Origin: Aplysia californica
Taxonomy: Eukaryota
DNA: 64,000 nucleotides
Direction: 5' to 3'
Assembly (NCBI RefSeq): GCF_000002075.1
Contig: NW_004797437.1
Location: 532,972 to 596,971 of the forward strand
Part shown: piece by piece, positions 13,878 through 25,677 of the stretch
How the letters are laid out: each line of letters opens with the position of its first letter
Position numbering within the stretch: the first letter of the stretch is position 1
Notes under the pieces: model-generated
The model's database searches: none
Seen by the model: the letters and a program-made list of their open reading frames with translations, nothing else
Told to the model about the DNA's origin: nothing
Translations under genes and position numbers: made by a program

Positions 13878-14239
13878 GTTGCAGCACTCAGAGGAAATGA
13901 GTTTCTTCGCCGCTCTGTGTTTTCATTAGTGTTACTCTGCCGCTGAGCGCAGGAACCATAATATAATTAGATAATACTTATTCTATACAAACACAACTTA
14001 GTCCCAATCTTCATTTATTGTTTACGATGTGTTCAACAATAATATCTTCCTACTTCCCCGCTGTTTGTTCGAAGTAAAAGTATTTAAAAGGGCAAAATCG
14101 TTTAGGTTTAACGCCCCTTGCAACGCAGTATGAGATATAGCATTATAAGAGTCAGGACCCCCGAAAATTACTAAAATGTCCAACAGGGCCCAGCCAAATG
14201 GAAGTATTTGTGTAAAGAGAAAAGTTTAAGGGGTGGATG

Positions 14240-14930
14240 GGGGCTACACCCCGAGAGTCCCGAATCGGCTCAAACTTATGGATTTTGATTTTAGGTATTT
14301 TTAGCTTCCTTAGTTTCTCTTCTCTATTTCATCGCATAAGAACCCCCCTAAAGCCTTATTTCTTCCCCTACAGGCATCTTTGTCACCACCATTTCCTCAT
14401 AAAGTCAATCTTTTACTTTTCTTTATCCCCAGTTTTTTTTTAACTCCATCATTTTCCAACCAGTCTTCTTTAAACTTTCAAAGAATGAAGAGAAGATGTA
14501 GATCTAAAACTGAAAATTTGTCTGCTGAATTTTATATAGATCTATATAAAATAGATTTTTGTTGCTGATGTCTGGAGTTTTGGATTTCCACGGATTTTTT
14601 GCAAACTTGAATACTACATCTGGAAAAAATTCATTACAAATTTTCTCATTCTTATAGGAATAATTCAACAGACGAATTTGTAGATATAATGTTTGCTAAC
14701 ATGCACGCAAAAAGAAAATTCCCTTTTCATTTTTAAAGATTAGTGCGGTATTCATTACGTCAGACATATCAACAAGATCCAATATGGACGCCGTATCCAC
14801 GGAAGCAAAACTTTTTTCTCAAATTTGATTTTGATTGAGGATTAATTGACTCCTCACTATGCTTGTCAGGTGTGTAATTTGGTAACATTTGATCCACTTA
14901 TAAAAGCGAGATAGCCTTCAGGTGTACCCC
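14240..14930. mobile_element. Probable non-autonomous DNA transposon
   Basis: Short inverted termini GGGGCTACACC / GGTGTACCCC. Confidence 0.45.
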
Positions 14931-15050
14931 CCCCCCCTCCTCTCTAAAAGTGCCTTGCCAGAGAACACTTATCGTCGGACCAAGCTGGGCCTCGAACCTC
15001 GATCAATCCCAGAACTTCACGATTACAAGTCCAGTAGCCTAACCACTAGA

Positions 15051-15290
15051 TTCTTCTTCTTCAGGTGTCAGGTCATCAGGTCTGGAGCAGACACTGACGA
15101 TCATGGTACCCAATTCCTTCTTGTTGTCCATCTTCCTGGTCAGCTCGGTTTTTTTCTTTTGTCATATTCGTTGCAAAGTTGTTCACGCCATCTGTGTATA
15201 TGTTGCTGTCTGTCTTCCTCTGCTCTTATTTCCACACATCAGCTGTTTCTCTAGTCCATTAATTTATTGATCTATTTATGTGGACAACGA
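15051..15290 (-). mobile_element. 5'-truncated RTE-like insertion with 10-bp target-site duplication
   Basis: AACCACTAGA at 15041-15050 and 15291-15300; (GAA)n tail; similarity to the 22.3-kb RTE 3' end. Confidence 0.75.
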
Positions 15291-15427
15291 AACCACTAGA
15301 CTACCGGTGGTATTTGCTGGAAGTGTTTGTTTGAGTAAAGAGAAGGGCACAGACTTAAAATGCATTATTTAGTGCTGGGTAAAAGTCAAACAAAACAACA
15401 ACAAAACAGAATAAACAGAAGGAAAGT

Positions 15428-16690
15428 ACGGGGTGATCCAAAAAAAACTTTACAACTTTTTTTCTAAATATCTCGAGCAAATGTTGTTCTAGAAAGATGA
15501 AATTTGGAACAGATAAACTTCATTCATAGGGAATTTGTTTGACATAAAATTCATAAAGAAGAAACCTAATTTCAGAAAGAAAAAAAAACTCCCATAAACG
15601 CATAATGCGCCAATTTTTTTTTAAAGACACTCGCACAAGGAAAGTCATGAGACGATTGATTTGATTTGTGTCTTCTTTTTCTCTATAACATGTTATTGTT
15701 CCAAAATTGTGACATTAAATAATATTTAACTTCTCTTAGGGAGTTAGTTAAAGAACTAACATTTTTGTTCTGGAATTTCTTTTTAAAAATGCTCCACATG
15801 TCCTCCTTTGGACTCCAAACATCTTTTAACGGATGTTTGAAATGCTCGATGACGGCCAAACACAGTTCCCGCGGAAAGTTTCTCACTTCATTACGGATTG
15901 CTTGTTTCATAATTTCAATGTTTTCAGACTGGTTTTGAAACATCCTGTCCTTCAGATAGCCCCACAAGAAAAAGTTTAAAGGATTCAGGTCAGGATAATG
16001 CGGAGCCCACTTGTGTTCACTTCTGCGACTGATCACATGATCCCCAAAGTGGTCAGCTAGCCATGTCATTGATCTGAGAGAAACGTGTGGATTGGCCCTA
16101 TCTTGCATAAACCACTGGTCTTGGCGATCCAAGTGCCGGTGTCTCCCCAGATCCGTCCAGAATTTCTTCAGCACCTCGATACTTCGGTCTGTGTTCACAA
16201 TTGCAACATGTCCGTCTGCGTCTTTAAAAAAAAAAGACCCATCAAACCATGAGTGCTTTAAGCCAACCACACTGTACACCTTTCAGCATGGAGTGGCTTC
16301 TAGAGACAGTAGGGGGTGGGTGGTATGCCCTTAATAGACAGCATTTTTTTGGAGTTTACATCTGAAAGCTGGAAATGCGCTTCGCCACTGAACCAGATGT
16401 CATCTAAGAAACTCCCGCGTTCTCCAAGGCGGTCGGGGAACCAGCGACACATTGCCATCCTCTGTCCCCGGTCAGTCTCGCTAAGCGTTTGCCTAACATG
16501 AATATGGTATGGGCGTAAGTTAAGATCTACTTTAAGAATACGGACTGTCGATGTGTATGGAAGTCCTAGCTGCAGGCATCGTCAGCGGACAGACGTCTCA
16601 TTAGATTCAGCGACTGAGTTCAGCACCCAGGCGATGTTTAGAGGGGTTCGACTGGTGCGCGTTCGGTCTGAAGCGGTCGCTTTTTCTTAA
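15428..16690 (-). mobile_element. Degenerate mariner-like (DD37D/maT-type) DNA transposon
   Basis: WFMQDRANPH and WAPHYPDLNPLNFFLWGYLK; upstream frame WFSGEAHF; TIR-like TACGGGGTGATCCAAAA at 15428. Confidence 0.85.
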
Positions 16691-16709
16691 GCTTTTTTGT
16701 TTTGATTTT

Positions 16710-17045
16710 CTATACACCCAAACTGACTGTTTCTTTCTCTGTAGGTGGTTGATATTTTCTTTTCGTGTGTTTTTTTTTTGTAGTCATATGTTTGAAAACT
16801 GCTCTGCCTGTCTTTCCCAAGGCCCATCTGTTCATCCAATCTTGTTTGCTGTTGCTTTTAATTATTTGTTTTGCAGTGTTGTATGAAGTTGGAATGTTGG
16901 GTTGTTCCTGTCTAGATCCCCTTTTGGCGAGTGTGTCTGCTCTGTCATTTCCAGGTATGTTTGAGTGTCCGGAAATCCACTGTATCACCAGGTTGACGCC
17001 ACAGGATGTTATCAGGTGATGGGAGCCAAACAGTATATGAGTCAA
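16710..17045 (-). mobile_element. RNase H fragment of a non-LTR retrotransposon
   Basis: QWISGHSNIPGNDRADTLAKRGS motif. Confidence 0.85.
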
Positions 17046-18799
17046 ATCGGATTTTTTGTGGGTTTATTATGTGCTGTTTTAATTTTTTGATTTGTGAAAC
17101 CTTTATTTTTCATGTTTTTACACTCTATGACTATGTGGCTACAAATAATATTCTGGATGCTTAAAACAGAACATATTTAAATTCTGGTGCTTTGGATTAA
17201 GTTACCTCTATTAACAATGTATTGCTATTACGTTGTCACGGGGAGTTGAAAGCTAGAACATTAATTATGGCAACTTTTATGGCAACTTTTGCAATTTTTG
17301 TGGCAACTTTTGATAATTTTTGGACAAAAAAATGGCAACAAACGCAGACGCTAGAATTGTTTACTAACGACGCTGACAACTCCGTACATCTGGGGAAAGA
17401 ACATTACGACATCGGCTGAAGGTTCTATTTCTACGTGACATGGACTTGTTCAGCTGATACCTCCACAAACTTCCTTGTGAAAAACCTAAACCTTCGACCC
17501 AACCACCCGCAAAGCGAATTCACAGTACATTTTCCCCTTTTAGGATCATTTAATTTAACAAGGCATGTTGTGTTTTGACGGCTTTGGGGTCAACCTGCCC
17601 TACTAAATGTACTACTACTAGGTAGGAGGCCCCGTCGTGTGATCAACTTCTACAAAAAGACGGCAGATGGTTCACTCTGCGCATGCGGAGGAAAGATTTT
17701 GTTTAAATTAAGCCGCTTTTACGCCCCCATCGACTCAATTTAGATCAATTAGGAGGCGGGCTTCTGACCCTGTTGAAAGAGATATAACATTTCTCCAGCA
17801 AAAAAGGTCGACACACGGAACTCGATAAAAATTGGTTCCTTTTAAGGACAAGCGGGCCCACCCAGATTTCGGGGGTTTCCAAATCTTGACCTACACCAAA
17901 AGTGGGCACTGCACTACCTATAGGATAAGTTTGGTTTCATTTGTGTGTATATCTGTTTGGTTATATAGAGAAAACTCTCCTTGTCTTTTACAGAAACTGA
18001 ACAAGGATTCAAAAACTTTACCTTCGATTTTCTCAAAATAGCATTTTTAGGGACATTCCCCTTGTGTTTAAAAGTGACCAGATGTTCCAATATGAGATTC
18101 GAACTAGGATCTCCTGGTTGCGACAGCGAAGCGCCTAACCGGCACATCACTGGGTCCGGTCTTGCGGAGGACCTGGGAACAGCGACTGTGTTCAACGAAT
18201 ACAATGTCATGTGCCTCGTTGTGATAGTGGTTGTGACATAGATAGTACATAACAAGATGGGCCACTCAGCCAAAAAAGTGTCCGCCGGAAATTCGCGCTT
18301 TGCTTCAGATGGCGCTGCAGTGTGTTTTGAAGCTCTCTTTCGTTTTTCCAGAAAAAGAATAGGAATAGCATCTCTTTGCGTGCGCAGATCGACTGCTGTT
18401 CATCAGCAGTTCGGGTTCGTTCAGTGTGGAGGTTTTTTTTGTTTTTTTTATTTTAATGACCTCTCGCCTTTCATTCTAAAGTCAGATTAAACGAAGAAAA
18501 CAATCACCCTTTCTTCCGGAAGAGGTTTTTTTGTCAGTGTAACCATTTTAATAAAGCGTTCTTCCGAAATGTATTCAAAAACTTGCTAGTTTCACTTTAA
18601 TTTTTTTAACTCAAGTGGGGTAACTCTGTTCGCAAAGGGTTCGCTTTTGCGAAGAGGGCGTCACCGAATTTTGAGGACACTTTTTTAATTGGCTCAAAGA
18701 GAGAAGTGGCCCCTCTTGTTATGTAGACTCTTTGGTTGTGATCATAATATCGATACTCAATTTTTGCCTTGTTTTAGCAGGTTACACAGTACAGAGTAA

Positions 18800-19387
18800 G
18801 CAGGGGCGGCTCGTGGGGCTAAAATGTGGGTGTGCACAATTAAGCTGTAGCAGATTGAAGGGCCACCCATGCCAGACAGGTCGACGGGTAGAGGTCAGGC
18901 GAAGCGTGATCTACCGGCCCTCCAGGTTTCGGAGGTTCAGCTCAGGGCTAACAACCCAGACTGGTAAAAAGCATATGTTACCGGAACAGCAACAAACAGA
19001 AACCATATTTCTGTGTGTGATGAACATTCAGAGTCCCTTGGGACTCGTATGAATGCGGGCAGTAAAAGCCGCAAGGAGGAAGCTCTTTGCAGGAAGATGG
19101 AGGACCTGAACACCGCAAAGACAAAAGTTATCATAGGACTATGGAATGTAAGGACAATGTATGAAACTGGTAAGTTGGCACAAGTAACGAGCCCTCCACT
19201 GGACACCCAAAGGACGTCGCAAAAGGGGCAGACCCAAAGTGACATGGAGACGCACAGTAGAGTCCGAAATGAGGTCCTGGAATCATTCGTGGGGAACGCT
19301 GATCAAGATGGCCTAAAACAAACAGAGCTGGAGATCCTTTGCTGCTGCTCTAAACGCCAGGTGGCGTAATGGGTAGTAACTAACTAG
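18800..19387 (+). mobile_element. Internally deleted (bipartite) RTE element
   Basis: APE start IGLWNVRTMYETGKLAQV joined at ~19187 to C-terminal RALHWTPKGRRKRGRPKVTWRRTVE; TAAC-type tail. Confidence 0.8.
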
Positions 19388-19581
19388 GTTGAAGATAGTC
19401 AAGGGCATAGTAAATGGGATTGAAGGATGTTTGGTTCACAAACCCAAAGTAGGTTAGAAAATTAATTTGATAAGAATTCTGAATAAGAATAGACTCTCAA
19501 TATGCTTGTGACTGCGTCGGTAGCAATTCGAAACAAATTCTCCGTTTTTTTTGTGTGTTAGTGTTAGCTCCTTAGTATCAG

Positions 19582-19766
19582 TTTTAGTAAGAGTTTTACG
19601 GCACTTGCAACACAATAAGATCATATAGGCATCGAAGATTAGAAGTGTTACAAGAGAGTAACAAACACAAAAAAGAAGGAGGGGAGATAAAGTAGAAGAT
19701 AGATTTTTTAATAGGAAAGATTTAAAGAAGGAGCAAACCACACCAGAGCACCCGCCAACCACCCAC
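19582..19766 (-). mobile_element. ~185-bp SINE-like family B; other copies 12783-13190(+, split), 20521-21126(-, split), 24541-24720(-), 25164-25325(+), 28439-28605(+), 29899-30077(-)
   Basis: Shared GGGTGGTTGGCGGGTGCTCTGGTGTGGTTTGCTCC start and tail CATATGACCTTATGCAGTTGC...CCGTAAAAC followed by an A-rich end. Confidence 0.8.
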
Positions 19767-20647
19767 TTAGCTCCTCCTTATGATATTTATAGTATAGCCT
19801 ATAGGCAGTGAACAGGTTCTGTCTTTCTTCATACTCTGGAGCCTGGATACACTGACGAGGGATTCTGGTGTTTTCTGTTGCTGTCCTCATCTTTAGCTTT
19901 GTATTCCTTTGTCCCTGTGGTTTAAGGTTTCACGCACCCCGCATAATTTAGAAAAAAAAATTATCATTTTTTGCATAATTTCTGATATTTTCCTTTATCA
20001 CTCTTTGTTTTGAAAAAACAGAATCACATAATTTTACATTTTGGGCTCAGTTTGCATAGTTTCAAATTTTTTCTTGCATAAAACGACGGGGACTGGCCTA
20101 AATCTAAGGCGGGGGCATGCTGTATACTGTGTACATGTGTAGAGATTGCTTCTTTTTTTAGTGCATATGTATTAGTATTAGTAGTAGAAAATTCTTCTTA
20201 TAATGCGTGGAAGTAGCCCAGATAAAGTTTATCATAAACACTGAAAAAAAACCTCAACTAAATTAAATAGTGATTCGACAGAGCTCTAGTTATCAAATTG
20301 AACAACAGCCTACCTTGTCTAGTTGCTCACGATTAGTAATCATTACACCAGACAAGACGCCAAAGTCGCCCTTCCCCCAATGCAACCCGTGCATCTGTAT
20401 TTGGTGAGTTTTGTTTTTTGTTCGTTTGTTGTTGTTTTTTTGGGGGGGGTTTGTTGAAGTTTGGGGGGGGGGGGAGGCCGCCACTAAATACACTTTTTTC
20501 TCTGCATTTGCAGTTTGAGTAATAGTGTTTACGGCACTTGCAGCGCAATAAGGTCATAAAACTAGCCGAAGATTGGAGGCGTTACAAGAGAGTAATAAAC
20601 AGACAAAAGAGAGTTCAGGAAAATAGGTTGTTTGTTGTTGTTTTTTT

Positions 20648-21061
20648 TGCGCTTGCAAGGTCGCAAGGTCACATGAGCGCGCGGAACACATAAAACATTT
20701 TCTGTTGGTAGGAAATTTGAATTTTGCCCGGATGGGGGCCGAAGCCTACTCTTATCAATTTTGGATCACCAAGGTATCTTTAACGTGCGCAACTTGCACC
20801 GAGATTTTTCGCCCTTATCCGAGAAGGATAGGTGTTGGACAGCATTGACAAAGAACCCAGAGGAGGGGACTCACGAAGTGAGGGGGGTGGGCGCATACAG
20901 TGGAGACGAAAGCAGACGACAGAAAGTTAAAATTAAAAAGCAGGAAAGGGGGGAGAAAGGAGAAAATTTTAGAGAAGAAAATTTTCTGTCGCTATCCGGA
21001 TTCGAACCCAGAACCTATTGAATGAGAGGCGAACACCTTGACTTCTCGACCACGAGAGCCC
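20648..21061 (-). mobile_element. SINE family A, copy 2 (nested in a family B element)
   Basis: Aligns by eye with 8030-8530; head GGGCTCTCGTGGTCGAG...GGTTCGAATCC. Confidence 0.85.
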
Positions 21062-21520
21062 CATCAACAGGTGTTTGATAGGAAAGAAGTAGCACACTAC
21101 ACCAGAGCACCCGCCGATCACCCACCTTTTTTTCTCTGCCTTTGCAGGACTGCATTCTGTCGGTTTATCTTTTTCGCTTGCAGCGCTGCTTGAAACTGTC
21201 GATTTTGAGTCAATGAATTTTGGGTTGTTTACTGATTAATGAAGTTCAAGAACTACTAGTCTGGGATTCGACCAGGATCATCTCCTCAGAAGTCCAGCAA
21301 GATACCATCTCGGCTAACAGAACGACCATCCTGTCCTTGTTTCATCAAAAGTTCATCATTGTGAGCTTACAAATAGATTTTTGAACGGTTAAAGATGATG
21401 TTACCGGTAAAAAAATAACAATTTTGAAACCTTTTTTTTTTGGAAATACACAAGCAGCCCAGGTGCATCTAGACTCTACCTCCAGCGACCCATGGGTAAC
21501 TTGATTTGGTTTGTTTTATT

Positions 21521-22049
21521 GGTGTTTTACAGCACTTGCAACTGCATAAGGTCATAATAATATTATGAGCATGCAGGACACTAAATATTTTCAGTTGGTA
21601 GGAAATTTTGAATTTTGCCCAGGTGGCGGCTGAAGCCTACTCTTATTGATTTTGGACCACCAAAGGATCTTTCATCAGCGCAACTTGCGCATGAGACTTT
21701 CGAGATTTTTTTCGCCCTTATTCAAGAAGGCTAGGTATTAGATTTTACCTGCCATAAGATCAGGGGTGTGGCTGAAAGACAGCAGAAAGAAAGAGCCAAG
21801 AAGTAGCAGTAGAAAGGCTCCAGAAAGGGTCAAGAGCCCAGAGGAGTGGGAAAAGAGGTGAGGAGGTGGGAGCAGAAAGTGGAGACGAAAGCAGACAGAT
21901 CTTTGTAAGAGAGCGGGAAAGGAAGTGAAAGGAAAACATTTAAGAAGAAAAAATCCCCCCCCCCCCCCCCCCCCCCGGCTGTCAGGTTTCGAATCCTGGA
22001 CCTATTGAATGAGAGGCGAACACCGTAACCTCTCGACCATGAGAGCACC
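21521..22049 (-). mobile_element. SINE family A, copy 3
   Basis: Same head, core and tail order. Confidence 0.85.
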
Positions 22050-22271
22050 CAATTTGAGTTTGACACGCCTGATCGAGACTATTCTACAAAAGGATGAAGG
22101 AACAGTGACACAGAAGTAATAAAAGCCCAGCCAGACCTATAGACTCCGTGTCATTGACCCTGGGTCATATATATGTAAGCCTAAGGCTGGCACGTTGGTG
22201 TAGAGTATACTGTGAAAGAGCTTATGTCAAACCTTTCTATAGTATAACACAAGTAAGAAAACATTTCACAC

Positions 22272-22277
22272 TTTATT
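22272..22277 (-). promoter_or_regulatory. Candidate poly(A) signal of the ZnF gene
   Basis: First minus-strand AATAAA noticed downstream of the stop codon (~790 nt). Confidence 0.35.
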
Positions 22278-22328
22278 GCGGAGCCTAGCATATTTGTACA
22301 GTCGGGCACAGGTAACATGAACACGATG

Positions 22329-22647
22329 GAAAATTTGAAATCATGGGTCATCATCATCATCCAGTGCCAGATCTGCGACAGACATCGGCGATCATGGTTC
22401 TCAATTCATTCCTTTGCTCGGATGCTCTCAAAAAAGCTATGTTTTCCTGATCTTTCCCTGTTACCAATTTGTTTAGGTTACCCAAGTATGTTGTTCTGGG
22501 CCTTCCCCTGCCTCGCTTGCCCTCAATTTTGCCAGTGAGAGCCAGGTGTTCAAGACCCGTATGTCTATTTATGTGTCCCAAAAACTGCATTTGTCGTTTC
22601 CTAATTGTTTTTAACACTGAGCGACCCATGTGGGCTTCATCAAGCAA
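22329..22647 (-). mobile_element. RTE-clade LINE 3' fragment (shorter relatives at ~924-1005 minus and ~10120-10200 plus)
   Basis: RKRQMQFLGHINR...GKIEGKRGRGRPR C-terminus, (GAT)n tail; shared CAGTGCCAGATCTGCGA. Confidence 0.85.
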
Positions 22648-23060
22648 TCATGGGTAGAGCTTGAAATATTTGCCCTTCCTCAACTGATAGATATATCTCT
22701 TTTTAAGTTTTCCATTATTGGTTAACCCGAATTATGGATATATGTCAAACACATTTGTCAATGTCTGATGTCTTTTGAGTTATCCTTGTCTGACTGTACT
22801 ACACTCTTTCTGAACTTCCTTTTATAACCCATTTAAACGTAACACTGCCAAAAATGAAAAACACAACACTGACTGCTTTGCGATTCAATAAATATCATTG
22901 TTATTGTAAAAAAATGCCATTAACTTATGAAAGCATGAACGAAAATACTGAGCAAATACCATTGCTTCCGACCTTGACCCTTATAAAAAAAGAACGATTA
23001 ATTCATTCATTCAGCCATATCCATCAACTCACACACTATAAAACACCAAAAGAACATGTG

Positions 23061-23662
23061 CTAGGAATCTCCGTCATTTTCACACTTCAAATCGGTTTCC
23101 TGCACTATCTCATGGCCGCTTTCCTCCCCAATGTTCAGTTCGTGTTGAAGTTCCTGCGAGGGAGAAACCATCGCTTGCTTGACTACCTCTCCTTCCTCTT
23201 CCTCTGTCTCTGGATTTATAAACTGTTGGGCCACTTGGTCAGAGTTAGGGTCCAAGTGACCAGCGGAGTCGGGGTCAAGGTGACTAGTGGCACCGGGGTC
23301 AAGATGACCAGTGGCGCCGGGGTCAAGGTGACCGGTGGCGCCATGGTCAAGGTGAGCCGTGGCAGAGACGAGCACCTGAGATATGGTCCCCTCCGAGGTG
23401 GCCACACTGACAGCCTCCGACTGATGCACGGCGTCGGCGGCCGCCTGTGAGGCGATGATCTGCTGGAGGTCAGCCTGGGAGATGATGCGGGTGGCTGTGG
23501 TCAGCGACTGCTGGGGCAGGATCTGCATCTCCTGGCCGCTCTCCGTCATGATGGTGTCCCCGATGATGTGCATGGTCCGACCCATCCCAGCCTCTTCTTC
23601 CTCCTCAGCGTCCTCCTCTTCTTCTTCCTCGGTTGTGCCCCCTGCCAGGCCAAGGTGTTGTT
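23061..23662 (-). CDS. ZnF gene terminal coding exon (acidic, His-Leu-Asp repeats, stop TAG)
   Basis: cttcag|AA acceptor, phase 1, 602 nt to TAG. Confidence 0.88.
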
Positions 23663-25623
23663 CTGAAGAAGAAAAAAAAAGAAAGTTATATATTACATAT
23701 ACAGTGGAGTCCGCTGAAACCAACATCTGCTGGACCGTCGTATTTTCTTCGGATTAGAGAAATAGCTCAAACAAAAGAAGCAAAATTCTCAGATTTCATT
23801 TTCTTTCTGTTTACTGCTGTTTTCAAATTAAACATGTTCACTTTAAGTTTACGTAAGCATACTCTACTGTATATCGGTGGTTGAAGGTGCGCCACCAGAC
23901 TAGTACATCCTACTTCTTTTCTTCCATACCGTTGTTTGTCTATCTCGATTTTTCCTTACACTAAAAGACTATTATTGTGCAGATATGCTTCTCTTTACTT
24001 AAACAAACAAACAAAAGAGATTTTAGGAAGACCCAAGTATTATATGTTGGGTGGAACAGATGGGAAAGTCCAATATTCCATACATTTTCCAGAAGTCCTC
24101 TCATTGTAATGGCAAACCTCTGTGTTTTGGGGAAAAACGTAACTTGTGCTATAAATAATCTCTCAAAGTCAAATTTAAAAATAACTTATGAAAGTCAAAG
24201 ACTGATGGTCAAACAAAATTTTGCAGTGAAAACTTAGTTTAATCTGTATAATTCACATAAATAGCTGCCTGAAGCACACACCAACCCCTGCCCCTCCCGC
24301 CAGCAAATCTAGACTATCCCAAAAAGAGACTTGAAGTAGACCTATTAGTCATAAACTAAGACAAAGATAATGCAAAGGAGTGAGTTAAGGTAACCTTTAG
24401 AACATGACATGCTACTCATTGTGTGCATGTTCAGACAGAGACAAAAGTAAAATAATTTCAGATAGATGCTAAACCAAAAAATGTTGAAATCACTTTAAAA
24501 ATAAAAAGGTGGGGGGGTTTGCTCTCCGACTCTTAAGTCTTTAGTTTTAGTAGAGGTTTTACGGCGCTTGCAACTGTATAAGGTCATTTGAGCACCAGAA
24601 GATTAGAGGTGTTACAAGACAGTAACAAACATAAAAAAGATGAAGGGGAGATAAGGACGATAGATGTTTCACAGGAAAGAAGAAGCAAACCACACCAGAG
24701 CACTCGCGAACAGCCCACACCTTTAAGTCTAAAGAGGTTAAAAGCATAGGGACAAATAATTTTCATTGCAAAGGGGAAAATACTGAAGTATTTTACCACA
24801 AGTTGTTCACTGAACTCCATAGAAATTTTTAAAAAAGCAACCTAACTATAAGTGGCAGACTATAATGAGTTTGTTTCTCCACATAGTTGTTCATCCAGCA
24901 ACCGGCTGAGCTTTCCGCTGTATTGTCGACATTACTAGGTTATACAGTTTCTTGGCGTGCATTCTTCATAAGCATACCCTAGTTCTGCCACAGGAGAAAC
25001 AAAAGTCTTGAACATTCAACATTTTTTAAATTCAAGGAATTTCAAGAATCCCCTACCTCCCCCCNNNNNNNNNNNNNNNNNNNNNNNNNNNNNNNNNNNN
25101 NNNNNNNNNNNNNNNNNNNNNNNNNNNNNNNNNNNNNNNNNNNNNNNNNNNNNNNNNNNNNNNNGGGGTGCTCTTATGTTGTTTGCTTCTTCTTTCCTGT
25201 CAAATATCTATCGTCTCTCTCTCCCCTCCTCCTTTTTATGTTTGTTACTCTCTTGTAACACCTCTAATCTTCTGGCGCTCATGACCTTATGCCGTTGCGA
25301 GCGCCGTAAAACCTCTACTAAAATAAACAAAAGACCTTCACCGCTCAACCTGTCTCCCACTTCTGTGGCAAGTAAATACATACGACATCAGATTATGTTT
25401 GAGTGTTTCTCACCGCCACTTATGTAGCGCTGTGTCGATCGCTGACTCGGCCGGTCTGACTGCGACATCTAAATCGGCTTTCTTAACGGTTATGGTCGGA
25501 GACTTCTTAACCCCACCCCCACCCCCCTTCTGTGCTTAATGTATATTCTCCCGTACTCGTTCACTTTTACTCTTTCTCTTTTCTTTCATTCTCTCTCTTT
25601 CACTCTCACACTTTACCCCCCCC

Positions 25624-25677
<54 letters not shown>

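Noticed and set aside
15683-16279. Active transposase gene
   Set aside because: Upstream frames have stops and frameshifts and the first catalytic Asp reads as Gly; it is a relic.
20990-21061. tRNA-Glu-like gene (and similar heads at ~8.5, 22.0, 57.9 and 60.7 kb)
   Set aside because: The cloverleaf is degenerate and attached to a SINE body, so these are SINE heads.
22480-22530. KRGRGRPR as an extra AT-hook exon of the ZnF gene
   Set aside because: It lies after the stop codon and is the standard RTE ORF C-terminal motif.
22854-23757. Plus-strand ORFs of 198 aa and 100 aa
   Set aside because: Antisense shadows of the GC-rich, repetitive terminal exon.
4100-25170. Poly-C/poly-G or microsatellites at nearly every gap edge as a biological pattern
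   Set aside because: Best explained by short-read sequencing and assembly dropout.
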